From contig JABHVM010000073.1 of the NCBI GenBank assembly GCA_018658305.1, forward strand, positions 1 to 59,420: DNA of 59,420 nucleotides, written 5' to 3'. Each line of letters starts with the position of its first letter. Position 1 is the stretch's first letter. The DNA comes from Thiotrichales bacterium. GTDB taxonomy: Bacteria; Pseudomonadota; Gammaproteobacteria; GCF-002020875. The translations under genes and the position numbers were made by a program. This document shows, one piece after another, positions 27,330-38,535 of the stretch. Below the pieces are notes generated by a model. The model was not told where the DNA came from. It ran no database searches and was given only the letters and a program-made list of their open reading frames with translations.

Positions 27330-28631
27330 TTAAATCTCCTTAATACCGACTGATATATAGTGTGACATCGCATCAGCAAATTCGCTAGTGGTTAACAGGG
27401 TTGCTCCATCCATCAATCTCTCAAAATCGTAGGTCACTCTCTTACTCGCAATCACCATCTCTAGGCTCTGTTGAATAAGATCACTCACCTCTTTCCAGCC
27501 AATATACTCAAATAGCATCGCTCCTGAAAGAATAATTGATCCCGGGTTGACTCTGTTCTGTCCAGCATATTTAGGGGCAGTTCCATGAGTTGCCTCAAAA
27601 ATCGCGTGTCCTGTCTGCTGGTTTATATTAGCACCAGGTGCTATTCCAATACCACCCACACTTGCGGCTAATGCGTCAGATATATAGTCGCCATTCAAAT
27701 TTAAGGTCGCTATTACTGAATATTCAGCTGGGCGTAGTAGAATTTGCTGTAGAAAAGCATCTGCGATTGAGTCTTTAATGATAACCTTTCCAGCCGCTTC
27801 TGCCATCCTGAGTGCGTCGTTAGCGGACTCTTCACCAGATTTTTCTTTAATTCTATCGAATTCACTCCAGCTAAAAATCTCTTCAGCAAACTCGCGCTCT
27901 GCAAGTTCATACCCCCAACGCTTAAAGGCACCCTCAGTAAACTTCATTATATTACCTTTATGAACCAGAGTTACCGATGGGAGTTTATGTTTTACTGCAT
28001 AGCTAATTGCCTCTCTAATTAAGCGTTCTGAACCCTCTTTAGATACTGGTTTAATTCCAAATGAGGAGCTATCTGGAAAACGGATATTTGTAACTCCCAT
28101 CTCATCGAGTAAGAATTTTTTTAATTTATCACACTCTGTTGTGCCGTTGAGGTATTCGATCCCTGCATAGATATCTTCTGTATTCTCTCGAAATACCACC
28201 ATATTAACTTTTTCTGGATTCTTAACTGGAGTCGGCACTCCTTTAAAGTAGCGAACTGGACGCAAGCAGGTAAATAGATCTAGCTCTTGCCGTAGAGTCA
28301 CATTTAATGAGCGCATCCCCTCGCCAACAGGTGTAGTCAAAGGACCTTTAATCCCAATTAAATATTTTCGAAAAGCTGCCATAGTCTCTTTTGGAAGCCA
28401 GCTCCCGCTCTGGTTAAACGCTTTCTCTCCAGCCAGCACCTCTTGCCACTCAATAGAGCGTTCAGTTCCATAACAGGCAGACACCGCATCATCAAAAACC
28501 TGTTGCGCAGCACTCCAAATGTCTACTCCAATTCCGTCACCCTCAATATAGGGGATGATAGGATGGTTTGGAACCATCAACTCATCCCCATTTTTAGTTA
28601 CTATATTTTCACTTATAGAGTTATTATCCAT
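27330..28631 (-). CDS. icd: Isocitrate dehydrogenase (NADP-dependent, dimeric type)
   Basis: 433 aa. [39 protein letters not shown] and [13 protein letters not shown] closely match E. coli Icd. Confidence 0.93.
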   Translation of the reverse strand: MDNNSISENIVTKNGDELMVPNHPIIPYIEGDGIGVDIWSAAQQVFDDAVSACYGTERSIEWQEVLAGEKAFNQSGSWLPKETMAAFRKYLIGIKGPLTTPVGEGMRSLNVTLRQELDLFTCLRPVRYFKGVPTPVKNPEKVNMVVFRENTEDIYAGIEYLNGTTECDKLKKFLLDEMGVTNIRFPDSSSFGIKPVSKEGSERLIREAISYAVKHKLPSVTLVHKGNIMKFTEGAFKRWGYELAEREFAEEIFSWSEFDRIKEKSGEESANDALRMAEAAGKVIIKDSIADAFLQQILLRPAEYSVIATLNLNGDYISDALAASVGGIGIAPGANINQQTGHAIFEATHGTAPKYAGQNRVNPGSIILSGAMLFEYIGWKEVSDLIQQSLEMVIASKRVTYDFERLMDGATLLTTSEFADAMSHYISVGIKEI

Positions 28632-28815
28632 CTATTGCCTCCTTAATATCGTCAACTGCTGCTTGCAATCTATCCGTAGGGTAACCTTGTAAGTTATTAA
28701 GCAGAACTTGCTCCATCTGTCTGCGTTGTCCACCATCATACTCCTTACACCAGTGTTCAAGTAGATGAGCAAGCAGCTGCTGTCGTGATCTATCTTCAAA
28801 AAAAATTGTTTCCAT
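28624..28815 (-). CDS. Hypothetical 63-aa protein, translationally coupled to icd
   Basis: Helical, protein-like sequence ([26 protein letters not shown]...). AAGGA lies ~10 nt upstream. The stop overlaps the icd ATG by 8 nt. The competing frame (28632-28844) looks less protein-like. Confidence 0.45.
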   Translation of the reverse strand: METIFFEDRSRQQLLAHLLEHWCKEYDGGQRRQMEQVLLNNLQGYPTDRLQAAVDDIKEAIDG

Positions 28816-28847
28816 ATTTCTTTATTCCTTACTATTATTGTCAAGTA

Positions 28848-29762
28848 TTATACACTACTCTCCCTGCCCTCCTCCAGTATAAACTTCCGAAATGCCTGGG
28901 CTACTGGAGAGAGTCTCTTTCCTTTTCTGTAGACCAAATGCCATTTGCGCTTAATAGGAAGATCCTCTACATCTAAGATGCGCACTACTTTTGCTTGAAG
29001 CTCTAGCTTGATTGTATGAATGGATACTATAGCTAACCCCAACCCTGCTTGCACTGCCTGTTTTATCGCTTCGTTACTGCCAAACTCCATACTAGTCTCT
29101 AAATTAAGTTCGCGCTCTCTAAAAAAACGCTCCATTGCAGTGCGAGTGCCTGACCCCTTTTCACGCACTACAAATTTATACTGTTCAACTTCAGATGGAG
29201 TAAAAGTGCTCTTTGCCCGCTTTCTGTAGAGTGGGTGTCCTCTACCCACAATCATTACTAATGGATTATCCATAAATGGATCTGCCACCAGATCTAACTT
29301 CTCTGGAGGTTGCCCCATGATCACCAAATCTGACTCATTGGATTCCAAGGTTTCTATGAGGCGTTGGCGATTAGTAACATCTAGGGATATGGTTATCTCG
29401 GGGTGACGCTGAATAAAAGTTGCAAGCAAATTTGTCGCAAACGAATTTGCTGTAGTCGCCACAACAATTTTTAGATGTCCTTGGCGTACCCCCTTGAGCT
29501 CCTCTAGATACTCCTCTACACTCTCTAGCTGCTGAGTAATATTACGACTACTTTTATAGAACTCCTTTCCTGCATCAGTGAGAAATATTTTTTTTCCAAG
29601 ATGGTCGAATAGAGCTATCCCTAAATTACCCTCTAACTGCCGTATCTGCATAGAGACTGCTGGTTGAGTTAGGTAGAGCTCTTCTGCCGCACGGGTAAAG
29701 TTGCTATTATTAGCAACAGCCTCAAAAACTCTCAACTGTCTAAATGTTATATTTATTGCCAC
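28848..29762 (-). CDS. cbbR: LysR-family transcriptional regulator, CbbR by position
   Basis: 304 aa. N-terminal wHTH ITFRQLRVFEAVANNSNFTRAAEELYLTQPAVSMQIRQLE. Divergent from cbbM with a 185-bp shared control region. GTG start. Confidence 0.8.
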   Translation of the reverse strand: MAINITFRQLRVFEAVANNSNFTRAAEELYLTQPAVSMQIRQLEGNLGIALFDHLGKKIFLTDAGKEFYKSSRNITQQLESVEEYLEELKGVRQGHLKIVVATTANSFATNLLATFIQRHPEITISLDVTNRQRLIETLESNESDLVIMGQPPEKLDLVADPFMDNPLVMIVGRGHPLYRKRAKSTFTPSEVEQYKFVVREKGSGTRTAMERFFRERELNLETSMEFGSNEAIKQAVQAGLGLAIVSIHTIKLELQAKVVRILDVEDLPIKRKWHLVYRKGKRLSPVAQAFRKFILEEGRESSV

Positions 29763-29796
29763 TCCTATCTCCTATCATTAAATTTCATCATCTATT

Positions 29797-29830
29797 TTAA
29801 CCATAACATATTACTTATGATAATGGTTAA
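29797..29830. promoter_or_regulatory. Inverted repeat TTAACCAT-N18-ATGGTTAA in the cbbR-cbbM control region (candidate CbbR operator)
   Basis: Perfect 8-bp arms read directly. Lies 35-68 bp from the cbbR start and 118-151 bp upstream of cbbM. Confidence 0.4.
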
Positions 29831-29947
29831 AAAGATTTACTGTTAATTATAGTTAAATACCTCTATTGTTCATCTCACTGGTTTGGGGAACACCCCTTTC
29901 CATCGTATATTTTTATATTTTTTTATAACAAACTTGGAGTTTATAGA

Positions 29948-31327
29948 ATGGATCAATCCGCAAGATATGCAGACCTGAATCTAGACGAAGATACGCTATT
30001 AAACGAGGGCAAACATATTTTGGTTGCCTACACTATGCACCCTGCTGCTGGCTACGGTTATCTAGAAGTTGCTGCACACATTGCAGCAGAATCTTCTACT
30101 GGTACTAATGTTGAAGTGAGTACTACAGATGACTTTACTAAAGGAGTTGATGCTTTAGTATATTTCATTGATGAAGCTGAAGGGATTATGAAGGTAGCTT
30201 ACCCTATCGACCTTTTTGATCGTAATGTTATTGATGGTCGCACTATGATCGTCTCTTTCCTCACGCTAGCGATTGGTAATAATCAGGGAATGGGAGACTG
30301 TGCTGATCTGCAGATGCAGGATTTCTATGTGCCACCTAAGATGCTTGAGCTCTTTGATGGTCCAGCTAAATCAATTAATGATCTCTGGACTATGCTTGGT
30401 CGTGACCACGATAACGGCGGTTATATCGCAGGAACAATCATCAAGCCTAAACTAGGTCTCCGTCCTGAGCCATTTGCTGAAGCGGCCTACCAGTTCTGGT
30501 TGGGTGGTGATTTCATTAAGAATGATGAGCCCCAGGGTAACCAAGTATTCTGTCCAATGAAAAAGGTTCTTCCACTCGTTCGTGACGCTATGAATCGCGC
30601 ACAAGATGAGACAGGTGAAGCAAAACTCTTCTCTGCTAACATCACAGCTGATGATTACCATGAGATGTGTGCTCGTGCAGATTATGTACTTGAGACATTC
30701 GGTGAAAATGCACCTCGCGTCGCATTCTTGGTTGACGGTTATGTAGGTGGACCAGGAATGGTTACTACTGCGCGTCGTCAGTATCCAAGTCAGTATCTCC
30801 ATTATCATCGTGCGGGTCACGGTGCAGTGACTTCTCCATCTTCTAAACGAGGCTATACAGCGTTTATTCTTGCTAAAATGTCTCGTCTAATGGGCGCGTC
30901 AGGTATCCATGTTGGTACAATGGGATATGGCAAGATGGAAGGCGGTAAAGATGACAGAATCATCGCCTATATGATTGAGCGTGATAGCGTTGATGGTCCT
31001 TTCTATCACCAAGAGTGGCATGGTATGAAGCCAACTACCCCAATCATCTCTGGTGGTATGAATGCACTGCGTCTACCAGGATTCTTCGAAAACCTCGGTC
31101 ACGGTAATATCATCAACACCTCTGGTGGTGGCTCTTATGGTCATATTGATAGCCCTGCTGATGGTGCAACGTCACTACGTCAATCTTACGAGTGCTGGAA
31201 ACAGGGAGCTGATCCAATTGAGTTTGCGAAAGATCACAAAGAGTTCGCACGCGCATTTGAGTCATTCCCACATGATGCTGACTCTATCTTCCCAGGATGG
31301 AGAGATAAACTAGGCGTTCATAAATAA
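29948..31327 (+). CDS. cbbM: Ribulose-1,5-bisphosphate carboxylase/oxygenase, form II
   Basis: 459 aa. Colinear with Rhodospirillum rubrum CbbM (MDQSARY..., [59 protein letters not shown]). There is no small-subunit gene. Confidence 0.97.
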   Translation: MDQSARYADLNLDEDTLLNEGKHILVAYTMHPAAGYGYLEVAAHIAAESSTGTNVEVSTTDDFTKGVDALVYFIDEAEGIMKVAYPIDLFDRNVIDGRTMIVSFLTLAIGNNQGMGDCADLQMQDFYVPPKMLELFDGPAKSINDLWTMLGRDHDNGGYIAGTIIKPKLGLRPEPFAEAAYQFWLGGDFIKNDEPQGNQVFCPMKKVLPLVRDAMNRAQDETGEAKLFSANITADDYHEMCARADYVLETFGENAPRVAFLVDGYVGGPGMVTTARRQYPSQYLHYHRAGHGAVTSPSSKRGYTAFILAKMSRLMGASGIHVGTMGYGKMEGGKDDRIIAYMIERDSVDGPFYHQEWHGMKPTTPIISGGMNALRLPGFFENLGHGNIINTSGGGSYGHIDSPADGATSLRQSYECWKQGADPIEFAKDHKEFARAFESFPHDADSIFPGWRDKLGVHK

Positions 31328-31445
31328 CAATTCAGCTCACCCATAAAATTCACCATCTCTGCGTTGCAAAATGCTCATTTACACTAGTAAACTCACATTT
31401 TGCACCTTGACCTGATGAATTTTAGAGGCAATCTGAATCGTTATT
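31324..31445 (+). other. Nested stem-loop element immediately 3' of cbbM
   Basis: Outer stem 31324-31335/31433-31444 (11 of 12 bp). Middle stem 31344-31352/31416-31424 (9 bp). Inner hairpin 31365-31373/31396-31404 (9 bp), with an apical 5-bp stem 31378-31382/31387-31391. Confidence 0.4.
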
Positions 31446-31453
31446 TCATTAAG

Positions 31454-31501
31454 AAGCCCACTTCAGCGATCTACATTTATTTCGTTGGAGTGGGCTTTTT
31501 T
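31454..31501 (+). terminator. Strong rho-independent terminator after cbbM
   Basis: 16-bp stem 31454-31469/31482-31497 (two G-U pairs, GC-rich base AAGCCCAC/GTGGGCTT), 12-nt loop, then a T6 run. Confidence 0.75.
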
Positions 31502-31511
31502 AATTTAAGTC

Positions 31512-31551
31512 TTAACCGTTAAGTGCTAAATTATTAGTATTTAACCGTTAA
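31512..31551. promoter_or_regulatory. Two copies of the near-palindrome TTAACCGTTAA upstream of cbbQ
   Basis: Copies at 31512-31522 and 31541-31551 (29-bp spacing), between the cbbM terminator and cbbQ. They share the TTAACC/GGTTAA half-site with the cbbR-cbbM inverted repeat. Confidence 0.35.
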
Positions 31552-31615
31552 TATTTTTCGATAAACAACTTTAAATATAACCTGTAACGCATTATTAAAT
31601 ATAAAGGTAATCATT

Positions 31616-32425
31616 ATGTCAGAGATAGATAGCAAGCAGTATGAAATCAACACAGAGCCATATTATGAGTCTCAAGGTGATGAGGTCGCACTATATGAAG
31701 CCGCCTATGCAGCCCGCCTTCCAGTAATGGTGAAAGGCCCTACAGGTTGTGGGAAATCCCGCTTTATTGAGTATATGGCATGGAAACTGAAGAGACCTCT
31801 TATCACTGTTGCTTGTAATGAAGATATGACTGCGTCAGATCTAGTTGGTCGTTATCTACTCGATGCTAATGGAACTCGTTGGTTGGATGGTCCTCTAACT
31901 GTAGCTGCACGCATCGGGGCGATCTGTTATCTTGATGAGATTGTTGAGGCTCGTCAAGACACCACGGTAGTGATTCACCCTCTAACCGACCACCGTCGCA
32001 CTCTACCTTTAGATAAAAAAGGGGAGTTAATTGATGCTCATCCAGATTTTCAGATGGTGATCTCCTACAATCCAGGTTATCAAAGTTTGATGAAGGACCT
32101 TAAGCAGTCTACTAAGCAGCGTTTTACTGGTTTAGATTTTGACTACCCTTCCGCTGCTTTAGAGAGCAAAATCGTCCAAAAAGAGACTGGAATAGATCAA
32201 GAGACTGCTGAAAAATTAGTCCAGATTGCAGAGAGTGCGCGTAATCTTAAAGGGCATGGGTTGGATGAGGGAATATCAACTAGATTGCTCGCTTACGCTG
32301 CCAACTTAATGGATAATGGAATTGAAGCAAAAGCTGCCTGTCGTATGGCTCTAGTCAGACCTATTACTGATGACGCTGATATTAGAGAGACCTTAGATCA
32401 TGCAGTTGACGCCATTTTTGGGTAA
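31616..32425 (+). CDS. cbbQ: RuBisCO activase AAA+ subunit CbbQ (MoxR class)
   Basis: 269 aa. Walker A KGPTGCGKS and Walker B ICYLDEIVEARQDTTVV. Located downstream of cbbM and upstream of cbbO. Confidence 0.93.
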   Translation: MSEIDSKQYEINTEPYYESQGDEVALYEAAYAARLPVMVKGPTGCGKSRFIEYMAWKLKRPLITVACNEDMTASDLVGRYLLDANGTRWLDGPLTVAARIGAICYLDEIVEARQDTTVVIHPLTDHRRTLPLDKKGELIDAHPDFQMVISYNPGYQSLMKDLKQSTKQRFTGLDFDYPSAALESKIVQKETGIDQETAEKLVQIAESARNLKGHGLDEGISTRLLAYAANLMDNGIEAKAACRMALVRPITDDADIRETLDHAVDAIFG

Positions 32426-32433
32426 AAAATTGG

Positions 32434-34719
32434 ATGTATATCAAACAGGAAAAAAGTGCAAAAATTCAGCTGACGGAAGATGAGAAAGCCACTTATCGAG
32501 AAAAACTTAAGTGTGGATTCAGTGAAATTGACGACCATTTTGATGACTATCTCAGCGCTGCGCTGAGCCAGTTCTCTACGGAAGCGGTTGAGGCATATCT
32601 AAAAGGTGCTTCCACTATCTGTATGATTGGGCGTGGCGTAAGCCCAGTTCTCACCTTTCTGGAAGAGATGCCAGATATAGTCTCTCGCTCTGGAGAATCT
32701 ATTATTGAGAAGAGCTTCACTATGGTGTGGGATCTTTCACGCACTCCAAATGGAGCGGCTATCATCCCCTTTCTAAATACTCTCTCAGAAGCCTCTAAGA
32801 GACTCCCAACTGAAAAGCAGCTAGATTGTTACTTTGATCTTATCCACCACCTTGCAGAGAAGACTACCGGCTCCATCCACGGTTTTCACAGCACTATTCC
32901 AAGTCCAGGATTGCCAGAGTTTTTGCAACAGTCTCCATTTCTACTCCATCAAGTTTCGATCGAGGGGCTGCGTAAATGGGTAGATTATGGAATTAAACAC
33001 TACAATAATCACCCTGATCGGCAACGAGACTACTTTAATCTTGATACTGCAGATAGTAAAGCGATGCTGCAGAAGGAGCAAGATGGCACCCTCTTTGTTG
33101 ATAATGAGAAAAAACTGGATCTCTTTATGCGCTCGATGTGGGAAGAGGGAGTTCACCTTGTCCCCTACTCTCCTGGATATGATCTACTGCGTTCTCCGGT
33201 ACCATACTTTACTGTCGATGGAATGCGTATCCCTGATGTCTATAAAGGTCGAGATGGCGTAACTGGTCTCGACCGTTACCGTGCGGTGATGGGACATATG
33301 GCTGCCCACCGTCAGTGGTCGAAACCGATTGTTGCAGATAACTTCAGCCCTTTTCAGCGCCTCACTATTGAGATGATTGAAGATTCACGAGTAGAGTATC
33401 TGCTAATGCAGCGTTACCCAGGTATGCGTAAGATATTTAGGGCTCTCCACCCAACTCCAATTGAAGAGAGCTGCTCTCCTGAAGAGGAGTCTTGTATTAG
33501 GCATCGTACCACCATGCTCTCCCGAGCGCTATTAGACCCTGAACATGGATACAAAAATCCAATCTATCAGGAGTATAGAGATAAGTTCATGGATATTATG
33601 GAGCAGGGTGAGAGTTCTACTCAAGAGATCGCATCACTTGGTTCACTCTTTGTCGCAAAAACTAGGCTCCAGAGCGATCAGAGTGCCAATATGCGTTTTG
33701 AAGATACGGTCATCGACTACCGAGACGATAGCCGTCATATGTGGAAGTTTATCGAGGAGGGAGATGAGGAGGAGATGTTTGAGACTAAACGCGATGCTTC
33801 TATTGATGAGAAGGAGTCAGAGGGGCTTCCTCCCCGCCACTATAATGAGTGGGACTACAGTAGTAACACCTATCGTCCAGACTGGGTAACACTTTATGAG
33901 GCAAAACATCCTGCTGGTGAGGCGAAGGATATTGATCAACTGCTTGAGAAACATAGCGGACTAGTTAAGCGAATGAAGCAGATGCTAGAACTTCTTAAAC
34001 CACAAAATTATGTACGTATCCGTTACCAAGAGGATGGGTCGGAACTAGATCTTGATATCGCTATACGCTCCCTTATTGATTTTAAAAGTGGGGCTAATCC
34101 AGATCCACGCATCAATATGGATCACCGTAATGATGGACGCGATATTGCCGTAATGCTCTTAATTGACCTTTCCGAATCGCTTAACCAGATTCCAAATGGG
34201 TCTGAGCAGACTCTGCTTGAGCTCTGCCAGGAGGCAACCGCCCTCCTCTCTTGGACCATTGAGCAGCTCGGTGACTCTTTTGCGATTGCTGGATTTCACT
34301 CCAATACTCGCCATGATGTGCGCTACCACCATATTAAGGGTTATGGTGAACATTGGGGCGATGAAGTAAAATCTCGTCTTGCTAAAATTGAGGCTGGCTA
34401 CTCCACCAGAATGGGGGCAGCAATTCGTCATGCATCTCACTATCTAGAGGGGCAGAAAGCAGACAAAAAATTGATGCTAATCTTAACCGATGGTGAACCT
34501 TCAGATGTCGATGTCGAGGATGAAGCTCTGCTCATTCAAGATAGCCGTAAAGCTATCCAGGAGCTGGATGAGAAGGGAATCTATCCATTCTGTATCTCAT
34601 TGGATCCAAATGCGGATGAGTATGTGCGAGATATATTTGGGCAGAAGTTTGTAGTTATTGATAATGTAGAGAAGTTGCCTGAAAAGTTGCCGACTCTATT
34701 TGCCTCTCTAACTAAGTAA
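32434..34719 (+). CDS. cbbO: RuBisCO activase adaptor CbbO (VWA domain)
   Basis: 761 aa. C-terminal VWA with MIDAS DLSES (LLIDLSESLN) and LILTDGEPSD. Position follows cbbQ. Confidence 0.9.
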   Translation: MYIKQEKSAKIQLTEDEKATYREKLKCGFSEIDDHFDDYLSAALSQFSTEAVEAYLKGASTICMIGRGVSPVLTFLEEMPDIVSRSGESIIEKSFTMVWDLSRTPNGAAIIPFLNTLSEASKRLPTEKQLDCYFDLIHHLAEKTTGSIHGFHSTIPSPGLPEFLQQSPFLLHQVSIEGLRKWVDYGIKHYNNHPDRQRDYFNLDTADSKAMLQKEQDGTLFVDNEKKLDLFMRSMWEEGVHLVPYSPGYDLLRSPVPYFTVDGMRIPDVYKGRDGVTGLDRYRAVMGHMAAHRQWSKPIVADNFSPFQRLTIEMIEDSRVEYLLMQRYPGMRKIFRALHPTPIEESCSPEEESCIRHRTTMLSRALLDPEHGYKNPIYQEYRDKFMDIMEQGESSTQEIASLGSLFVAKTRLQSDQSANMRFEDTVIDYRDDSRHMWKFIEEGDEEEMFETKRDASIDEKESEGLPPRHYNEWDYSSNTYRPDWVTLYEAKHPAGEAKDIDQLLEKHSGLVKRMKQMLELLKPQNYVRIRYQEDGSELDLDIAIRSLIDFKSGANPDPRINMDHRNDGRDIAVMLLIDLSESLNQIPNGSEQTLLELCQEATALLSWTIEQLGDSFAIAGFHSNTRHDVRYHHIKGYGEHWGDEVKSRLAKIEAGYSTRMGAAIRHASHYLEGQKADKKLMLILTDGEPSDVDVEDEALLIQDSRKAIQELDEKGIYPFCISLDPNADEYVRDIFGQKFVVIDNVEKLPEKLPTLFASLTK

Positions 34720-34726
34720 CTAGCGC

Positions 34727-35041
34727 TTACTTTGAAGGCTCGGTACTGCTACCGCTAACTCCCATGTTGTCAGTCCAAGTTACGGTTACTTTATCTCCCT
34801 TACTACCCTCTACCTTAATACGCAGATAAGGGTTTTTAGAGATAGTAGAGTTAATATCCGCCTGCATAAAGAGTTCGCCATTCACTTCTGCTATAACATT
34901 TTGAATAAAATGTTTAGGGATAATCTTTCCACTTTTTTTATCCTTTCTTAGCCCAGTCTCCATTGGATGACTTAACAGACATTTGATATCGATAACTCCA
35001 TCCCTCTCTTTTGCTCTTAGTTTTACTGCTCTTTTAGCCAC
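34727..35041 (-). CDS. soxZ: Thiosulfate oxidation carrier complex protein SoxZ
   Basis: 104 aa. LSHPMETGLRKD, IPKHFIQ, SKNPYLRIKV and WTDNMG blocks typical of SoxZ. GTG start with AGGAG 9 nt upstream. Confidence 0.88.
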   Translation of the reverse strand: MAKRAVKLRAKERDGVIDIKCLLSHPMETGLRKDKKSGKIIPKHFIQNVIAEVNGELFMQADINSTISKNPYLRIKVEGSKGDKVTVTWTDNMGVSGSSTEPSK

Positions 35042-35067
35042 TATAATATCTCCTATAACTTAATATA

Positions 35068-35511
35068 TTAACCGCCACAACCACCGATAGTCACTTTAAT
35101 TTGTGCTTTCGTATAGAATGTTCCAGTTGCTGTTTTAACCACTCCATAAACATCACCAGTCTTACTCATTTTTAAGCGAGTAGATACGAAGGCTAGAGCT
35201 TTTTGTTTAAAGTTGTAAGTTGCTGCTAATGGAGTACCGTTAGCAGCTGCTAAAACACTAATACTCTCAACTTTACCCTCAACACCTGACGCATCAATAG
35301 TAATAGGAACTACAGCACCATTCTCGGCAATCTCTGGCATATCAAGTTTTATTGAACTAGTAGAGACTCCAGTATTCATCATATTTTTAGACTCCATTAC
35401 TGCCTTAGGCCATGCAGCTAACACTACACGAGGAGTTAACAGGCCAGCACTAAGGGCTACGCCAATAGTTCCCCCAGCTATAGTCCCTTTCATAAATAAC
35501 CTTCTCTTCAT
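35068..35511 (-). CDS. soxY: Thiosulfate oxidation carrier protein SoxY
   Basis: 147 aa. Twin-arginine signal (MKRRLFMKG...) and the invariant C-terminal GGCGG swinging-arm motif. Confidence 0.9.
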   Translation of the reverse strand: MKRRLFMKGTIAGGTIGVALSAGLLTPRVVLAAWPKAVMESKNMMNTGVSTSSIKLDMPEIAENGAVVPITIDASGVEGKVESISVLAAANGTPLAATYNFKQKALAFVSTRLKMSKTGDVYGVVKTATGTFYTKAQIKVTIGGCGG

Positions 35512-35711
35512 AACATACTCCTTTTTAATTCTACACTCTATTCATAAATTCCCAATAATTTATTGAAACATCTTATTGAATAATTGACTACTCAATTTTA
35601 AATAATATCTTATAGGATGTCGATCTTTTTTTAATATCTTTTTTAACTATGCGTTGTTACATTAACCTCTTCATTAAGCTTTCTTATCTTAGATTTGGGT
35701 TATGTTTATAT

Positions 35712-38532
<2,821 letters not shown>

Positions 38533-38535
38533 ACC

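Noticed and set aside
28632-28844. 70-aa alternative-frame ORF between cbbR and icd
   Set aside because: It overlaps the 63-aa ORF at 28624-28815, which has better composition, an SD, and a coupled stop/start with icd. Only one of the two is likely to be real.
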